DNA from: Bacteroidota bacterium
Lineage (GTDB): Bacteria > Bacteroidota > Ignavibacteria > UBA10030 > UBA6906
Assembly: GCA_019637975.1 (NCBI GenBank)
Contig: JAHBUR010000007.1
Location: forward strand, 85,997-149,996
Length of the DNA stretch: 64,000 nucleotides
Direction: 5' to 3'
Shown: positions 47,071 to 63,939 of the stretch, piece after piece
Position numbering within the stretch: the first letter of the stretch is position 1
Layout: every line of letters starts with the position of its first letter
Made by a program: the position numbers and the translations under genes
The notes under the pieces: generated by a model
The model's input: the letters and a program-made list of their open reading frames with translations, nothing else
What the model was told of the DNA's origin: nothing
Databases searched by the model: none

Positions 47071-47493
47071 ATGAAAAAAATTGCAGGTTACGTCAAGTTA
47101 CAGATTCCGGCAGGCCAGGCAAATCCGGCGCCGCCGGTTGGTCCTGCTCTTGGTCAAAAGGGCGTGAACATCATGGAGTTCTGCAAGCAGTTCAATGCGC
47201 GGACACAGGCGCAGGCAGGACTCATTATTCCTGTCGTCATTACCGTCTTCTCAGACAAATCCTTTACCTTCATCACGAAAACTCCGCCGGCCGCGGTGTT
47301 GTTGGTAAAGGCCGCAAAAATCGAGAAGGGATCGGCGGAACCAAATCGCAACAAGGTCGGCAAAGTAACTAAGCAACAGGTTCGTGAAATAGCCGAAATG
47401 AAAATGCCGGATTTGAACGCCGCTAGCGTAGAAGCCGCCATGAGTATGGTTGCGGGAACTGCCCGAAGCATGGGATTGGTTGTCGAAGGATAA
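47071..47493 (+). CDS. rplK: 50S ribosomal protein L11
   Basis: [31 protein letters not shown]. Confidence 0.95.
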   Translation: MKKIAGYVKLQIPAGQANPAPPVGPALGQKGVNIMEFCKQFNARTQAQAGLIIPVVITVFSDKSFTFITKTPPAAVLLVKAAKIEKGSAEPNRNKVGKVTKQQVREIAEMKMPDLNAASVEAAMSMVAGTARSMGLVVEG

Positions 47494-47590
47494 GAGAGGC
47501 GGGGAAGGAATTCCGAAAACGCATTATCACAACACTAAAGTGGGAGTCCCGTTCACAGGTGACGCTTGAACCACAAGGAGAAACATCAGA

Positions 47591-48286
47591 ATGAAACAGA
47601 GCAAGCGATTCAAGGCTGCTTCCTCGAAGATTGATGCAGCACAAACGTACACCATTGACGAAGCGATTACCAAAGTCAAGGAAAGCGCAACGGCAAAATT
47701 CGTTGAGTCGGTAGACGTCGCAGTCAGGCTTGGTGTTGACCCGAAGAAGGCCGATCAGGCGATTCGCGGAACAGTAGCGCTGCCACACGGTATCGGACGT
47801 GAAGTCCGTGTGCTGGTTCTTGCGAAAGCGCCAAAGGACGCGGAAGCGAAAGCGGCGGGCGCAGATCATGCCGGACTTACCGACTACCTCCAGCAAATTC
47901 AGGGAGGATGGGCGGATATCGACGTTATTATTGCAACTCCCGATGTTATGGGAGAGGTTGGAAAGTTAGGCAAAGTACTCGGACCCCGCGGCCTTATGCC
48001 CAACCCAAAGAGCGGCACCGTGACAATGGATGTTGCGAAGGCTGTGAAAGAAGTGAAGGCCGGTAAAATTGAATTCCGAGTTGACAAGGCGGGAGTAGTG
48101 CACGCTTCCATCGGGAAAGCAAATTTTGAACCGAAGCAACTGGCCGACAATCTTCACGCATTTCTGAGCACTATCGTTCGACTGAAGCCGGCAACTGCAA
48201 AAGGCACGTACGTCAAATCCATTGCGCTTTCCAGTACAATGGGGCCTGGCGTCAAGATTGATCGCAATCAGATTGTCGGACACTAA
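47591..48286 (+). CDS. rplA: 50S ribosomal protein L1
   Basis: [15 protein letters not shown]...[12 protein letters not shown]. Confidence 0.95.
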   Translation: MKQSKRFKAASSKIDAAQTYTIDEAITKVKESATAKFVESVDVAVRLGVDPKKADQAIRGTVALPHGIGREVRVLVLAKAPKDAEAKAAGADHAGLTDYLQQIQGGWADIDVIIATPDVMGEVGKLGKVLGPRGLMPNPKSGTVTMDVAKAVKEVKAGKIEFRVDKAGVVHASIGKANFEPKQLADNLHAFLSTIVRLKPATAKGTYVKSIALSSTMGPGVKIDRNQIVGH

Positions 48287-48431
48287 CACAGAATTTACGC
48301 ACTCATAGCAAACGCCCTGAAGCGGTGAATTTGCCGAAGGGAACAGTTCTGTTCATTGCCATGCACGGGTATCTGACATGGGCTTCTCTCTGAACAAACA
48401 TCATACAGACCTACGCAAGTAGGGAGGAAGA
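48287..48431 (+). promoter_or_regulatory. putative L10 (rplJ) leader autoregulatory region
   Basis: 145-nt untranslated gap between rplA and rplJ, the conserved location of the L10(L12)4-binding leader. The structure was not verified. Confidence 0.4.
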
Positions 48432-48953
48432 ATGAAACGGTCAGAAAAAGAACAAATTATCGCCGAAGTAGCCGAGACTGTTTCTCGCTCGACGGGGATG
48501 TACTTCACTGACTTCTCGGGCCTGACAGTGGAACAAGCGACGGAATTGCGTCGCGAGTTGCGCAAGTCCGGCGTTGAGTATCGGGTTGTGAAGAATACCC
48601 TCATCAAGAAAGCGCTGGAGCAGGTATCAGGTTACGACAAGGTGTACGACAGTCTTGTCGGGCCGACCGGTGTGGCATTCGCATTCGACGATGCAATCGC
48701 CCCGGCGAAGGTTATCGACAAGTTTGCCGAAAAGCACAAGAAGCTTTCCCTGAAGGCTGCGGTGCTTGAGAAGCAGGTGTACGACGGCTCCAAGCTGAAG
48801 GACATTGCGAAGCTACCGTCGAAGAAAGAACTCATGGCAAGTGTACTTGGCAGCATCCAGGCTCCTCTTGCGGGAGTCCCGACGGTAATCAACGCTGTCT
48901 TGAGCGGGCTTGTCAGCGTTATCGGTGAAATCGAAAAGAAGAAGGCTGCATAA
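48432..48953 (+). CDS. rplJ: 50S ribosomal protein L10
   Basis: [20 protein letters not shown]...; conserved position. Confidence 0.9.
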   Translation: MKRSEKEQIIAEVAETVSRSTGMYFTDFSGLTVEQATELRRELRKSGVEYRVVKNTLIKKALEQVSGYDKVYDSLVGPTGVAFAFDDAIAPAKVIDKFAEKHKKLSLKAAVLEKQVYDGSKLKDIAKLPSKKELMASVLGSIQAPLAGVPTVINAVLSGLVSVIGEIEKKKAA

Positions 48954-49002
48954 GCCGATCTTCAGGAACCAGAAATCGTTATTACTAATAGGAGAAAAAT
49001 CC

Positions 49003-49389
49003 ATGGCAGCAATTGCAGAAATCGTTGAACAAATCGAGAAGCTCACTCTTCTTGAAGCAGTCGAACTGAAGAAGGCGCTGGAAGAGAAGTTCGGCGTCAC
49101 CGCGGCAGCACCGATGATGATGGGCGGCATGATGCCCGGTGCAGCGGCGGGTGCAGCGGCACCGGCAGCGGAAGAGAAAACCGAATTCAACGTCGTTCTC
49201 AAAGAGGCGGGCGCGCAGAAAATCAATGTCATCAAAGTCGTTCGTGCAGCAACAGGCCTCGGCTTGAAAGAAGCGAAAGATCTTGTGGACGGCGCACCGA
49301 AAACCGTGAAGGAAGGCTTGCCGAAAGCCGACGCGGAAAAACTGATGAAGGAACTCGAGGAAGCAGGAGCAAAAGTAGAGTTGGCATAA
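49003..49389 (+). CDS. rplL: 50S ribosomal protein L7/L12
   Basis: [32 protein letters not shown]...Ala/Gly hinge...KVELA. The ORF-track start at 48910 is an upstream extension. Confidence 0.95.
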   Translation: MAAIAEIVEQIEKLTLLEAVELKKALEEKFGVTAAAPMMMGGMMPGAAAGAAAPAAEEKTEFNVVLKEAGAQKINVIKVVRAATGLGLKEAKDLVDGAPKTVKEGLPKADAEKLMKELEEAGAKVELA

Positions 49390-49407
49390 CTCTTCCGATG
49401 GTTCAAC

Positions 49408-49443
49408 GTCCCGCTTCCCGATGGCGGCGGGACGCGTTTTCTC
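49408..49443 (+). terminator. rplL-rpoB intergenic attenuator/terminator hairpin
   Basis: GTCCCGC...GCGGGAC 7-bp stem followed by GCGTTTTCTC. Confidence 0.55.
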
Positions 49444-49661
49444 AACACTGCAAGACGGAACTTGCAGGACCTTTTTCAAGCATTTTTTTGGTTTCGGCGT
49501 GAACAACAAGATGAACGGGAATTTGCAGCCGATAATGGGAAGTGATCGTCAACTTCTGTTATCGGCTTGCTGTTTCTCTCACCGCGCCGGAATCTGAACA
49601 TCCCGGAGATCAATGCTGACGTCCGGATGCAAGGATTGAACAGTACAATCACATAGAAGGA

Positions 49662-52600
49662 GTGGTACTCTTGAAGAACCAATCCAAGAGAATTTCGTTC
49701 GGAAAGATTCCCGATGTTATCGATTCCCCCGACCTGCTGAATATCCAGCTTGAATCGTGGGAAGGATTTTTGCAGAGAGATGCATCCCCGGCGAAGCGCA
49801 AGAACAAAGGGCTCCAGTCCGTTTTCAAAATGAATTTTCCTGTGACGGATGCCCGCGAAAATTTCCTTCTCGAGTTTGTGGAATACTATGTCGAGAAAGA
49901 AAAATACTCCGTACCCGAATGCGAAGAGCGGGGGTTGACGTATGCCGTTCCTCTGAAGGCGAAGCTTCGTCTCTCCCAGAAGTCGGAAGACGGGAACAGC
50001 TTTATCAACACCATTGAACAGGATGTGTATCTCGGCAACCTCCCGACGATGACGCATCGCGGCACGTTCATCATTAACGGTGCCGAGCGGGTTGTCGTAA
50101 GCCAGCTTCACCGTTCACCCGGAGTGTTCTTCAGCGAATCCATCCATCCGAACGGAACGCCGATCTTCTCGGCTCGTATTATTCCCTTCCGCGGATCGTG
50201 GGTGGAATTCACGACCGACATCAACAACGTGATGTACGCGTACATCGACAGGAAGAAGAAGTTTCCCGTTACCACGCTGCTCCGTGCCCTTGGATATTCC
50301 TCCGACGATGAGATACTCGAACTTTTCGGCCTTGTGGAAGAGATCGACATCGCGAAAGTGGATTTGAAAGAGTATGTCGGTCGCGTTATCTGCGGTGACG
50401 TAATCGACAAGAAGACGGGCGAAATCTTCATCAATAAAGATGCGGTTCTGACCGAGGATCACATCAAATCCATCAAGAAGTCGAACGTCAAGAAGATTCG
50501 CTTCCTGCAGCAACAGGGGAACGAAGTATCCGTTATCGCCAAAACGATCATGAAGGATAGCGTGCGTTCCGAAGAGGACGCCCTCGGCGCCATCTACAAG
50601 CAACTCCGTTCCGGCGACGCCCCCGATTTGGAAACCGCCAAAGGGTTGATCGAGCGTCTCTTCTTCAACGAAAAACGCTATGATCTCGGCGATGTCGGGC
50701 GCTACCGTATCAACCAGAAACTGAATCTCGATATTCCGACGGCGACAACGACGCTGACCAAACAGGATATCATCGCCATCATCAACTACTTGATTGAGTT
50801 GCAGCAGGGGAAGCGTACTGTTGATGATATCGATCATCTCGGCAATCGCCGCGTGCGGACAGTTGGCGAGCAGATTGCCCAGCAGTTCAATATCGGACTT
50901 GCGAGAATGGCGCGTACCATTCGCGAGCGTCTCAATGTCCGCGACAGTGAGAACCTGACACCGCAGGATTTGGTGAACGCGAGAACAATCACCAGCGTTA
51001 TCAATGCGTTCTTCGGTACCAACCCGCTTTCGCAATTTATGGATCAAACGAATCCGCTTGCCGAATTGACAAACAAGCGTCGCATGTCGGCACTTGGCCC
51101 GGGCGGTTTAACGCGTGAGCGTGCAGGCTTCGAAGTCCGTGACGTTCACTATACCCACTACGGACGCTTGTGCCCGATCGAGACGCCGGAAGGCCCGAAC
51201 ATCGGCCTCATTTCTTCGCTGTGTATTCATGCACGCGTCAACGAATTCGGCTTTCTCGAAACTCCGTACCGCAAGGTGAAGAACGGCCGTGTGCTTGATG
51301 AGATTGAATTTCTGAATGCCGAACAGGAAGATAATTTCACGATCGCACAAGCGAACGCGCCGCTCGACGGCCACGGGCGATTCCAAGGCGATCGTGTGAA
51401 GGCGCGGTTTCAGGGCGACTTTCCCGTGGTGAAACCCGATGAAGTGCAGTACATGGACGTTGCGCCGAACCAAATTGTGAGCGCGGCAGCCGGACTCATC
51501 CCGTTTCTCGAGCATGACGATGCGAACCGCGCCCTTATGGGCTCGAACATGCAGCGCCAGTCCGTGCCGCTGTTGCGGCCGGAATCGCCGATGGTAGGAA
51601 CAGGGCTTGAGGAGAAGATCGCGCGCGATTCCCGCTCGCTCATTGTCGCCGAGCGCAGCGGCGTGGTGGATTACGTTGACGCGAGCCGCATTGTTGTTCT
51701 TTACGATATTGACGAGACGAGCACGGAGGCTCTCATTTCGTTCGACGATAAGCGTCGTGTCGAGTACAAGTTGACGAAATTCTTCCGAACAAATCAGGAC
51801 ACATGCATCAACCAGCGTGTGGTAGTGAAGCCGGGAGATAAAGTCAGGAAGGGCGATGTTCTTGTGGATGGCCCTGCGACCGAGGAAGGCGAACTTGCTT
51901 TAGGCCGCAATGTGCTGGTGGCGTTCATGCCATGGCACGGGTACAATTTTGAGGATGCGATTATTCTGAGCGAGCGAATCGTCTCGCAGGACGTGTTCAC
52001 CTCAATCCATATTGAGGAGTTCGAACTTCAGGTTCGCGATACCAAACGCGGTGAAGAAGAACTGACAAGGGAAATACCAAACGTCAGCGAGGATGCCACG
52101 AAAGATCTCGACGAAAACGGCATTGTCCGTGTCGGTGCCGAAGTTGTCGAGGGCGATATTCTCATCGGAAAGATCACCCCGAAAGGCGAATCGGATCCGA
52201 CGCCCGAGGAAAAACTGCTCAAGGCAATCTTCGGCGAGAAGGCCGGTGATGTGAAAGATGCATCGCTGAAAGCGCCTCCCGGCATGAAGGGAATTGTGAT
52301 TGCGACCAAACTCTTCTCCCGCAAGAAGAAGGATGCCGAATCGAAAAAAGAAGACAAACGGAGGAGTGATGCACTCGACCGTCAGCGGCGCAAACTGCTG
52401 AGCGACCTCAAAGAGCGTCTCGCCACGAAGCTCGGTCTTTTGCTGGACGGCGAAAAATCCATTGGTGTTCGTGACACAGATGGAAACGTCGTGTTTCGTG
52501 CATCAACGCAATTCAAGGCTGATACCTTCCAATCATATGACGATATCGAAAAGCTGGACTTCAATGCCGATTGGGTTGACGACAAGCGGAAGAACACAAC

Positions 52601-53432
52601 TATCACCAAGATTTTTACCAACTACAACGATCGTCTCAACAGTATTGAAGAAGAGTTCCGTCACGAGAAGAACAAGATTCAACTCGGCGATGAGTTGCCT
52701 CCCGGCGTTGTTCAACTCGCAAAGGTATACGTGGCGAAGAAACGCAAACTCTCGGTTGGTGATAAGATGGCGGGACGCCACGGAAACAAAGGCGTGGTTT
52801 CGCGCATTGTGCCCGTTGCGGATATGCCCTTTTTGCCCGACGGAACCTCTGTTGACATTGTGTTGAATCCGCTCGGAGTTCCTTCGCGTATGAACCTCGG
52901 GCAATTGTACGAAACGGCGCTCGGTTGGGCGGCAAAGGTCCTTGATCTCAAGTACGCAACACCGATTTTTGACGGGGCAACATGGGAGGATGTGCAGGGA
53001 GAATTGGAGAAAGCAAACCTGAACAAGGGTTCGAAATCCGTTCTCTACGACGGCCGATCGGGCGAGAAGTTCGATCAGGAAGTCACAGTCGGGTACATCT
53101 ATATGTTGAAGCTTTCGCATCTGGTTGATGACAAAATTCACGCCCGGTCGATCGGGCCTTACTCGCTCATCACGCAACAGCCCCTCGGCGGCAAGGCGCA
53201 GTTTGGCGGCCAGCGCTTCGGGGAAATGGAAGTGTGGGCACTTGAAGGCTACGGCGCTTCGCACGTTTTGCAGGAGATGCTGACCGTAAAAAGCGACGAC
53301 GTTTCTGGCCGTGCAAAAGTGTACGAGGCAATCGTTAAAGGCGAAAACCTGCCGGAAGCAAATATTCCGGAATCGTTCAACGTCCTGGTCCGGGAACTTA
53401 TGGGTCTCGGCCTCGACGTGAAGTTGGATTAG
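49662..53432 (+). CDS. rpoB: DNA-directed RNA polymerase subunit beta
   Basis: 1256 aa with characteristic blocks ([75 protein letters not shown]). GTG at 49662 is flush with AGGAG; a TTG at 49671 is the alternative start. Confidence 0.95.
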   Translation: MVLLKNQSKRISFGKIPDVIDSPDLLNIQLESWEGFLQRDASPAKRKNKGLQSVFKMNFPVTDARENFLLEFVEYYVEKEKYSVPECEERGLTYAVPLKAKLRLSQKSEDGNSFINTIEQDVYLGNLPTMTHRGTFIINGAERVVVSQLHRSPGVFFSESIHPNGTPIFSARIIPFRGSWVEFTTDINNVMYAYIDRKKKFPVTTLLRALGYSSDDEILELFGLVEEIDIAKVDLKEYVGRVICGDVIDKKTGEIFINKDAVLTEDHIKSIKKSNVKKIRFLQQQGNEVSVIAKTIMKDSVRSEEDALGAIYKQLRSGDAPDLETAKGLIERLFFNEKRYDLGDVGRYRINQKLNLDIPTATTTLTKQDIIAIINYLIELQQGKRTVDDIDHLGNRRVRTVGEQIAQQFNIGLARMARTIRERLNVRDSENLTPQDLVNARTITSVINAFFGTNPLSQFMDQTNPLAELTNKRRMSALGPGGLTRERAGFEVRDVHYTHYGRLCPIETPEGPNIGLISSLCIHARVNEFGFLETPYRKVKNGRVLDEIEFLNAEQEDNFTIAQANAPLDGHGRFQGDRVKARFQGDFPVVKPDEVQYMDVAPNQIVSAAAGLIPFLEHDDANRALMGSNMQRQSVPLLRPESPMVGTGLEEKIARDSRSLIVAERSGVVDYVDASRIVVLYDIDETSTEALISFDDKRRVEYKLTKFFRTNQDTCINQRVVVKPGDKVRKGDVLVDGPATEEGELALGRNVLVAFMPWHGYNFEDAIILSERIVSQDVFTSIHIEEFELQVRDTKRGEEELTREIPNVSEDATKDLDENGIVRVGAEVVEGDILIGKITPKGESDPTPEEKLLKAIFGEKAGDVKDASLKAPPGMKGIVIATKLFSRKKKDAESKKEDKRRSDALDRQRRKLLSDLKERLATKLGLLLDGEKSIGVRDTDGNVVFRASTQFKADTFQSYDDIEKLDFNADWVDDKRKNTTITKIFTNYNDRLNSIEEEFRHEKNKIQLGDELPPGVVQLAKVYVAKKRKLSVGDKMAGRHGNKGVVSRIVPVADMPFLPDGTSVDIVLNPLGVPSRMNLGQLYETALGWAAKVLDLKYATPIFDGATWEDVQGELEKANLNKGSKSVLYDGRSGEKFDQEVTVGYIYMLKLSHLVDDKIHARSIGPYSLITQQPLGGKAQFGGQRFGEMEVWALEGYGASHVLQEMLTVKSDDVSGRAKVYEAIVKGENLPEANIPESFNVLVRELMGLGLDVKLD

Positions 53433-53446
53433 ACTTTGTGAGAAAC

Positions 53447-53478
53447 GAAACCCCCTCCCGCTTCGGTGGCGGGAGGGG
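53447..53478 (+). promoter_or_regulatory. strong GC hairpin (CCCCCTCCCGC-ttcggtg-GCGGGAGGGGG) in the rpoB-rpoC spacer
   Basis: Perfect 11-bp inverted repeat with no U tract. Same position as the E. coli rpoB-rpoC RNase III/attenuation site. Confidence 0.5.
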
Positions 53479-53510
53479 GAACTCACACGAATTTGTTTGG
53501 AGGATATACC

Positions 53511-57785
<4,275 letters not shown>

Positions 57786-57924
57786 CCACCAACCCTGCGC
57801 GGTTGAGTTAATAATTTCTAATGTGATGTGGAGATGGCCCATTGTTGACTATATCACACGCATTTGCTATCTTTAAAAGCTTGAAATTTACAGTCCCGCA
57901 CGAGTTAGTTCAACGGAGTACTTT

Positions 57925-58299
57925 TTGCCAACTATCAACCAGTTAGTTCGCAAGAGCCGGAAGAAGGTAACATACAAATCCAAGGCTCCTGCAATGGATA
58001 AAAGCCCCCAAAAGAGGGGGGTATGTACCCGCGTCTACACGACGACGCCAAAGAAGCCGAATTCTGCACTTCGGAAAGTCGCCCGTGTACGCTTGACAAA
58101 CGGAATAGAAGTAACGGCATATATACCGGGTGAAGGACACAATCTGCAGGAACACTCTATTGTGATGATCCGGGGCGGACGTGTGAAGGATTTGCCCGGA
58201 GTCCGGTACCATATCATTCGCGGAACCCTTGATACAGCAGGCGTTGCCGACCGGAAACAAGCCCGTTCGAAATACGGTGCAAAAAGAGCAAAATCATAA
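57925..58299 (+). CDS. rpsL: 30S ribosomal protein S12
   Basis: [14 protein letters not shown]...[19 protein letters not shown]... Confidence 0.95.
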   Translation: MPTINQLVRKSRKKVTYKSKAPAMDKSPQKRGVCTRVYTTTPKKPNSALRKVARVRLTNGIEVTAYIPGEGHNLQEHSIVMIRGGRVKDLPGVRYHIIRGTLDTAGVADRKQARSKYGAKRAKS

Positions 58300-58317
58300 C
58301 CTAAGTCAGAAGTCGCT

Positions 58318-58785
58318 GTGAGAAAAAAGAGAGCAGAAAAACGTCCGACGATGCCGGACCCCCGATATAACGATGTATTTGTTTCTCAGTTCATCAATTC
58401 GGTGATGAAGCAGGGGAGGAAACACACAGCCCGGCGTATCATGTATGATGCCCTTGCGTTGGTTGAAGAGAGAACAAAGAATCCGGGCCTTGATGTATTC
58501 CGAAAGGCAATGAGTAATGTTCGGCCCGTCTTGGAAGTCCGGGCGAGACGAGTTGGCGGCGCTACCTATCAGGTTCCCACTGAGGTCCGTTCGGACCGGA
58601 GTGTGGCTCTCGCCATCCGATGGCTTATCAACTATGCGAGCGACAGAAAAGACAAATCGATGGCGCAGAAACTCGCAGCCGAGTTCATAGCAGCCTCAAA
58701 CGGCGAAGGAAGCGCGATCAAAAAGAAGGAAGACGTCCACAAGATGGCTGAAGCAAACAAAGCGTTTGCTCACTTCAAGTGGTAA
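58318..58785 (+). CDS. rpsG: 30S ribosomal protein S7
   Basis: ...[23 protein letters not shown]...[11 protein letters not shown] start. Confidence 0.9.
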   Translation: MRKKRAEKRPTMPDPRYNDVFVSQFINSVMKQGRKHTARRIMYDALALVEERTKNPGLDVFRKAMSNVRPVLEVRARRVGGATYQVPTEVRSDRSVALAIRWLINYASDRKDKSMAQKLAAEFIAASNGEGSAIKKKEDVHKMAEANKAFAHFKW

Positions 58786-58810
58786 GGAAGGTGCAGAGAG
58801 TTACAAGTTT

Positions 58811-60910
58811 ATGCCAAGACAGTATCCCTTAGAACGTACACGCAACATCGGAATCAGTGCCCACATTGATGCCGGCAAGACTACCACGACGGAACGCATC
58901 CTGTTCTATACAGGAGTTCTGCATCGCATCGGTGAAGTCCATGACGGCGCCGCGACGATGGATTGGATGGAGCAAGAGAAGGAACGCGGTATCACGATTA
59001 CATCAGCGGCGACAACGTGTTTCTGGAACAATCACCGCATTAATATCATTGATACACCGGGCCACGTCGACTTCACAGCTGAAGTCGAACGCTCGTTACG
59101 CGTGCTTGATGGTGCCATAGCCCTGTTCTGTTCTGTCGGAGGTGTTGAACCCCAGTCGGAAACCGTTTGGCGTCAGATGGATAAGTATGGCGTACCGCGC
59201 ATCGCCTTTGTCAACAAGATGGACAGAGTCGGTGCCGATTTCCTTGGATGCGTCGATATGATGAAAGAGCGTCTCGGGGCAAATGCGGTTCCGATCCAAC
59301 TTCCCGTGGGTGAAGGCGATCTGTTTACCGGGATCATCGACCTCGTTACGATGAAAGCGCGGATGTACAAAGATACCACGGGGCAGAACTGGGAGGACAT
59401 GGATATTCCTCACGATATGGAGGCGAAAGCTGCCGAGTGGAGAACCAAGATGCTCGAGGCTGTGTCCGACGAGGATGATACGTTGCTGGAGAATTATCTC
59501 GAAGGGAAGGAGATCACTCCGAAGGAAATCATGACGGTGCTTCGTCGTGCAGCGTTGAAGGTCAGTATCATTCCGGTGCTCTGCGGATCGTCATTCAAGA
59601 ACAAAGGCGTTCAATCGCTTCTCGATTCTGTCATTAACTATCTTCCTTCTCCTCTCGACCTGAATGAAGGAAAGGTAGACGGACACCACGTGAATATGAA
59701 CGACCATATCTCGCGGAAAGTCAGCGACAACGAGAAGTTCAGCGCCCTTGCTTTTAAGATTATGACGGATCCGTTTGTCGGCAAACTGACGTACTTTCGC
59801 GTGTACTCAGGGACTTTGAAGGCCGGATCGTACGTGTACAATCCGATCTCCGAAAAGAAAGAGCGCATCAGCCGCATTCTTCGTATGCACGCAAATACAC
59901 GTGAAGATGTGGACATAGCGTACGCAGGCGATATCTGCGCTGCCGTTGGTTTGAAGTTTACAAAGACGGGCGACACGTTGTGTGATGAGAGTGACCCTAT
60001 CGTTCTTGAGAAGATGACGTTCCCCGAGCCGGTTATCCATGTTGCGATCGAGCCGAAGACCAAGGCTGATCAGGAAAAGATGGGCGAGGCCCTTTCGAAA
60101 TTGTCGGAAGAAGATCCGACGTTCCGCGTATCTACAAATGAAGAAACGGGCCAGACCATTATCAGCGGAATGGGCGAGTTGCATCTTGAGATCATTGTCG
60201 ACCGTATGAAGCGTGAGTTCCGCGTTGAAGCGAACATCGGCAAGCCGCAGGTTGCCTACAAAGAAACCATCCGGAAGAAGGTGCAAGCCGAAGGGAAATT
60301 CGTTCGCCAATCCGGCGGTCGCGGTCAGTTCGGTCACGTATGGCTTGAAATCGAGCCGAACGAAAAAGGCAAAGGATTCGAGTTTACAAATGCCATTGTT
60401 GGCGGCGTCGTTCCGAAGGAGTATATCAGGCCGGTGGAGCAGGGTATCGTTGAGGCGATGAAGAATGGTGTGCTTGCAGGGTATCCGGTCGAGGATGTAA
60501 AAGTCAAGTTGTTCGATGGCTCTTATCACGATGTCGACTCGTCGGAAATGGCCTTCAAGATTGCCGGTTCGATGGGTTTCAAAGAAGGGGCCCGCAAAGC
60601 AAATCCCGTTATTCTCGAGCCGGTCATGGCGGTCGAAGTGGTGACGCCCGAAGAGTATATGGGTGATGTGATGGGAGATTTAAATTCACGCCGGGGCAAG
60701 ATTGAGGGGATGACGCCGCGGAAGGATGCGCAAGTGATTCGCGCAATGGTTCCGCTGTCGGAAATGTTCGGCTACTCGACCACGTTGCGTTCGATGACGC
60801 AGGGTCGTGCGATCTACTCGATGGAGATCTCACACTATGATGAGACTCCGAAGAGTGTGTCGGAGCAGATCATCGAAAAGATCAAAGGCAAGGAAACAGT
60901 TCCTGCATAA
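58811..60910 (+). CDS. fusA: elongation factor G
   Basis: [34 protein letters not shown]-domain motifs. 699 aa. Confidence 0.95.
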   Translation: MPRQYPLERTRNIGISAHIDAGKTTTTERILFYTGVLHRIGEVHDGAATMDWMEQEKERGITITSAATTCFWNNHRINIIDTPGHVDFTAEVERSLRVLDGAIALFCSVGGVEPQSETVWRQMDKYGVPRIAFVNKMDRVGADFLGCVDMMKERLGANAVPIQLPVGEGDLFTGIIDLVTMKARMYKDTTGQNWEDMDIPHDMEAKAAEWRTKMLEAVSDEDDTLLENYLEGKEITPKEIMTVLRRAALKVSIIPVLCGSSFKNKGVQSLLDSVINYLPSPLDLNEGKVDGHHVNMNDHISRKVSDNEKFSALAFKIMTDPFVGKLTYFRVYSGTLKAGSYVYNPISEKKERISRILRMHANTREDVDIAYAGDICAAVGLKFTKTGDTLCDESDPIVLEKMTFPEPVIHVAIEPKTKADQEKMGEALSKLSEEDPTFRVSTNEETGQTIISGMGELHLEIIVDRMKREFRVEANIGKPQVAYKETIRKKVQAEGKFVRQSGGRGQFGHVWLEIEPNEKGKGFEFTNAIVGGVVPKEYIRPVEQGIVEAMKNGVLAGYPVEDVKVKLFDGSYHDVDSSEMAFKIAGSMGFKEGARKANPVILEPVMAVEVVTPEEYMGDVMGDLNSRRGKIEGMTPRKDAQVIRAMVPLSEMFGYSTTLRSMTQGRAIYSMEISHYDETPKSVSEQIIEKIKGKETVPA

Positions 60911-60955
60911 CTAAGAGACTAACAATACCCCTTATCTAGTCAAGAGGAGAACACA

Positions 60956-62167
60956 ATGGCAAAAGAGAAATTCAATCGTGCAAAGCCTCACCTGAATGTG
61001 GGTACCATCGGCCACGTTGACCATGGTAAGACCACACTCACGGCAGCGATCACCATGGTCCTTGCAAAAAAGGGTTTGTCCGAAATCCGCACATTCGATT
61101 CGATCGACAATGCGCCCGAAGAGCGCGAACGCGGTATCACGATTGCAACTGCGCACGTTGAGTATCAGACGGCAAACCGGCACTATGCTCACGTTGACTG
61201 CCCCGGTCACGCTGACTATGTGAAGAATATGATCACAGGTGCGGCTCAGATGGACGGCGCAATCCTTGTTGTCGCCGCGACGGATGGCCCCATGCCGCAG
61301 ACACGCGAGCACATTCTGCTTGCCCGTCAGGTGGGCGTGCCCAAAATTGTTGTGTTCATGAACAAGGTGGATGCCGTTGACGACCCCGAGCTTCTCGACC
61401 TCGTAGAGCTCGAGCTCCGCGACCTTCTGAAGAAGTATGAATTCCCCGGCGACGAAATTCCCATCGTGCGCGGATCTGCACTGAAAGCGATGGAGGCAGC
61501 ATTGAAGCCTGATGTGAAGGTCGACGATCCCGCGTTCAAGTGCATCATGGAATTGATGGATGCTGTGGATTCCTATGTGCCCGTTCCGCAGCGTGATGTT
61601 GACAAGCCGTTCCTGATGCCGATTGAAGACGTGTTTTCGATTACCGGTCGCGGTACGGTTGGTACGGGCCGTTGCGAGCGCGGCAGGGCAAAGGTTGGCG
61701 ACGAAGTCGAAATTGTCGGCCTTGGCGCACATATGAAGTCGGTCATTACCGGTGCTGAAATGTTCCGCAAGGAACTTGATGAAGTTGTTGCAGGCGACAA
61801 CGCAGGCCTTCTGCTTCGCGGTGTGGACAAGAAAGACCTTGAACGCGGAATGGTTCTTGCAAAACCCGGTTCCATCACCCCGCACAAGAAGTTTTCGGCC
61901 CAAGTGTACGTATTGAAGAAAGAAGAAGGTGGCCGTCACACGCCGTTCTTCAGCGGATACCGTCCGCAGTTCTACTTCCGCACAACGGACGTGACCGGTG
62001 TTGCAACCCTTCCGGGCGGAACCGAGATGATTATGCCTGGCGACAATGTTGACGGTATGAGTATTGAACTCATTACCACCATCGCTATGGAAGAAGGCTT
62101 GCGGTTTGCTATTCGCGAAGGCGGACACACTGTCGGCGCGGGTGTTGTAACAAAGATTATCGAATAA
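60956..62167 (+). CDS. tuf: elongation factor Tu
   Basis: [33 protein letters not shown]...DCPGHADY...NKVD. Confidence 0.95.
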   Translation: MAKEKFNRAKPHLNVGTIGHVDHGKTTLTAAITMVLAKKGLSEIRTFDSIDNAPEERERGITIATAHVEYQTANRHYAHVDCPGHADYVKNMITGAAQMDGAILVVAATDGPMPQTREHILLARQVGVPKIVVFMNKVDAVDDPELLDLVELELRDLLKKYEFPGDEIPIVRGSALKAMEAALKPDVKVDDPAFKCIMELMDAVDSYVPVPQRDVDKPFLMPIEDVFSITGRGTVGTGRCERGRAKVGDEVEIVGLGAHMKSVITGAEMFRKELDEVVAGDNAGLLLRGVDKKDLERGMVLAKPGSITPHKKFSAQVYVLKKEEGGRHTPFFSGYRPQFYFRTTDVTGVATLPGGTEMIMPGDNVDGMSIELITTIAMEEGLRFAIREGGHTVGAGVVTKIIE

Positions 62168-62174
62168 AATCACG

Positions 62175-62210
62175 GTGGTGAGGCCGGGCTCGGTCTCACC
62201 GCTTTTGTTT
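62175..62210 (+). terminator. rho-independent terminator after tuf
   Basis: GGTGAGGCCGGGCTCGGTCTCACC hairpin followed by GCTTTTGTTT. Confidence 0.6.
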
Positions 62211-62229
62211 AGAGAAACGGAGTGTACCA

Positions 62230-62538
62230 TTGGCCGGGCAAAAGATTCGCATAAAGCTTAAGTCGTTCGACCACAACCTGATCGACAAGTCTGCGGAGAA
62301 GATCATCAAGACTGTAAGGTCAACAGGCGCTGTGGTTTCAGGCCCGATACCGTTACCCACGAAGCGTACGGTGTATACTGTGCTTCGATCTCCTCACGTT
62401 GACAAAAAGTCGAGAGAGCAATTTGAGACGCGTGCTCACAAACGCCTCATTGATATACTCAACTCGACCAACAAGACAGTCGACTCCTTGATGAAGCTTG
62501 ATTTACCCGCGGGCGTCGACGTCGAGATCAAAGTGTAA
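62230..62538 (+). CDS. rpsJ: 30S ribosomal protein S10
   Basis: [23 protein letters not shown]...; TTG start 7 nt after GGAG. Confidence 0.9.
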   Translation: MAGQKIRIKLKSFDHNLIDKSAEKIIKTVRSTGAVVSGPIPLPTKRTVYTVLRSPHVDKKSREQFETRAHKRLIDILNSTNKTVDSLMKLDLPAGVDVEIKV

Positions 62539-62650
62539 CTCTTTTTGACAATTTGGTACGAGTGTAATCTCGTAAGGGTTCTTGCGGGAAGTGGACGTTT
62601 GTGCCGCTGCGCAACCGACAAGAGTGGTGTATCTTTATTTGGATGCTATC

Positions 62651-63283
62651 ATGACAGGACTATTAGGAAAAAAGATTGGGATGACCAGTATCTTCGATGA
62701 TGCAGGTCAGGTGATTCCCTGTACAGTTATCGAGGCCGGGCCGTGCTTTGTCACGCAGGTCAAAACCAAAGAGCGTGACGGATATGAAGCGGTGCAGTTG
62801 GGCTTCGATCAGAAAGCCGAACGCCTTGCCAACAAGCCGATGAGCGGCCATTTTGCAAAGGCGAACACTAAGCCGGTGCGCATCGTGCGTGAGTTTCGCG
62901 GTAATGGTGTTTCCGAGGTTCAGCCCGGACAGGAAATCAAGGTCGAGGCCGTCTTTACAAAAGGCGACACAGTGTCGATCATCGGAACGTCGAAGGGCCG
63001 GGGCTTCCAGGGCGTCGTGAAGCGTCATCATTTCGGCGGCGGATTTCGCACGCACGGTCAAAGCGATCGTGAACGGGCGCCGGGATCCATCGGGTCATCG
63101 TCGTATCCGTCGCGCGTGTTCAAAGGATTGCGAATGGCAGGGCGCATGGGTGGCGAGCAGGTGACTGTAAGAAATCTCAAGGTTGTTGGCGTTATTCCCG
63201 ATTCGAACCTCTTGCTCGTCAAGGGATCGGTACCCGGCGCAATTAACGGGTATGTTGAGATTCATAAGGTTGTTGCACACTAA
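62651..63283 (+). CDS. rplC: 50S ribosomal protein L3
   Basis: [32 protein letters not shown]... The ORF-track start at 62582 is an upstream extension. Confidence 0.95.
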   Translation: MTGLLGKKIGMTSIFDDAGQVIPCTVIEAGPCFVTQVKTKERDGYEAVQLGFDQKAERLANKPMSGHFAKANTKPVRIVREFRGNGVSEVQPGQEIKVEAVFTKGDTVSIIGTSKGRGFQGVVKRHHFGGGFRTHGQSDRERAPGSIGSSSYPSRVFKGLRMAGRMGGEQVTVRNLKVVGVIPDSNLLLVKGSVPGAINGYVEIHKVVAH

Positions 63284-63298
63284 TCGAACGAGATTGAG

Positions 63299-63928
63299 AT
63301 GGAATTAGAAGTCTATAAGAAAGACGGATCGAAGAGTGGCGAAATGGTAAAGCTCTCGCCCGATGTCTTTGGTATCGAACCGAGCCAGCATGCAATCTAC
63401 ATGGCTGTGCGTTCGTATCTCGACAACCAGCGTCAAGGAACGCACAAGGTGAAAACTCGCGCTGAAGTACGCGGTGGCGGAAAAAAACCATTCAAGCAAA
63501 AAGGCACCGGCAATGCCCGCCAGGGAACATCTCGATCTCCCGTAATGACCGGCGGCGGTTCGATTTTTGGACCGAAGCCGCGTGATTATTCGAATGAGTT
63601 GCCGGCACAAATGAAGAAGTTGGCGCGCAAGTCGGCTCTCTCCGCGAAAGCAAAAGAAGGCCAGATCAAGGTTGTCGAGGATTTCTCGTTCGAAGGCCCC
63701 AAAACGAAAGAGATGGCTGCTGTTCTGAAGGCGCTGCAGTTGGATTCAAGCAAGACTCTGGTACTGACGGCAACCGGCGATGTGAACGTCTACAAGTCGG
63801 GACGAAACATCCCGCGTGTTCAAGTGCTTCGTGCGGACAAGGCGTCGACTTATGATCTGGTGAACAACCAGGTGATCTTGTTCCAGAAGAGCGCCGTGGA
63901 AGTTCTTCATAACACATTCAAGCAATAA
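63299..63928 (+). CDS. rplD: 50S ribosomal protein L4
   Basis: ...KPFKQKGTGNARQGTSRSPVMTGGGSIFGPKPRDYS... Confidence 0.95.
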   Translation: MELEVYKKDGSKSGEMVKLSPDVFGIEPSQHAIYMAVRSYLDNQRQGTHKVKTRAEVRGGGKKPFKQKGTGNARQGTSRSPVMTGGGSIFGPKPRDYSNELPAQMKKLARKSALSAKAKEGQIKVVEDFSFEGPKTKEMAAVLKALQLDSSKTLVLTATGDVNVYKSGRNIPRVQVLRADKASTYDLVNNQVILFQKSAVEVLHNTFKQ

Positions 63929-63939
63929 GAGAGAACGTT

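Noticed and set aside
57786-57924. Candidate str-operon promoter TTGACT-N17-TATCTT upstream of rpsL
   Set aside because: The -10 hexamer is weak and there is no further support. Left as an observation only.
60932-62230. 432-aa minus-strand ORF
   Set aside because: Antisense to tuf (EF-Tu) with no recognisable domains. The same applies to 59807-60529 (antisense to fusA) and 48813-49448 (antisense to rplL).
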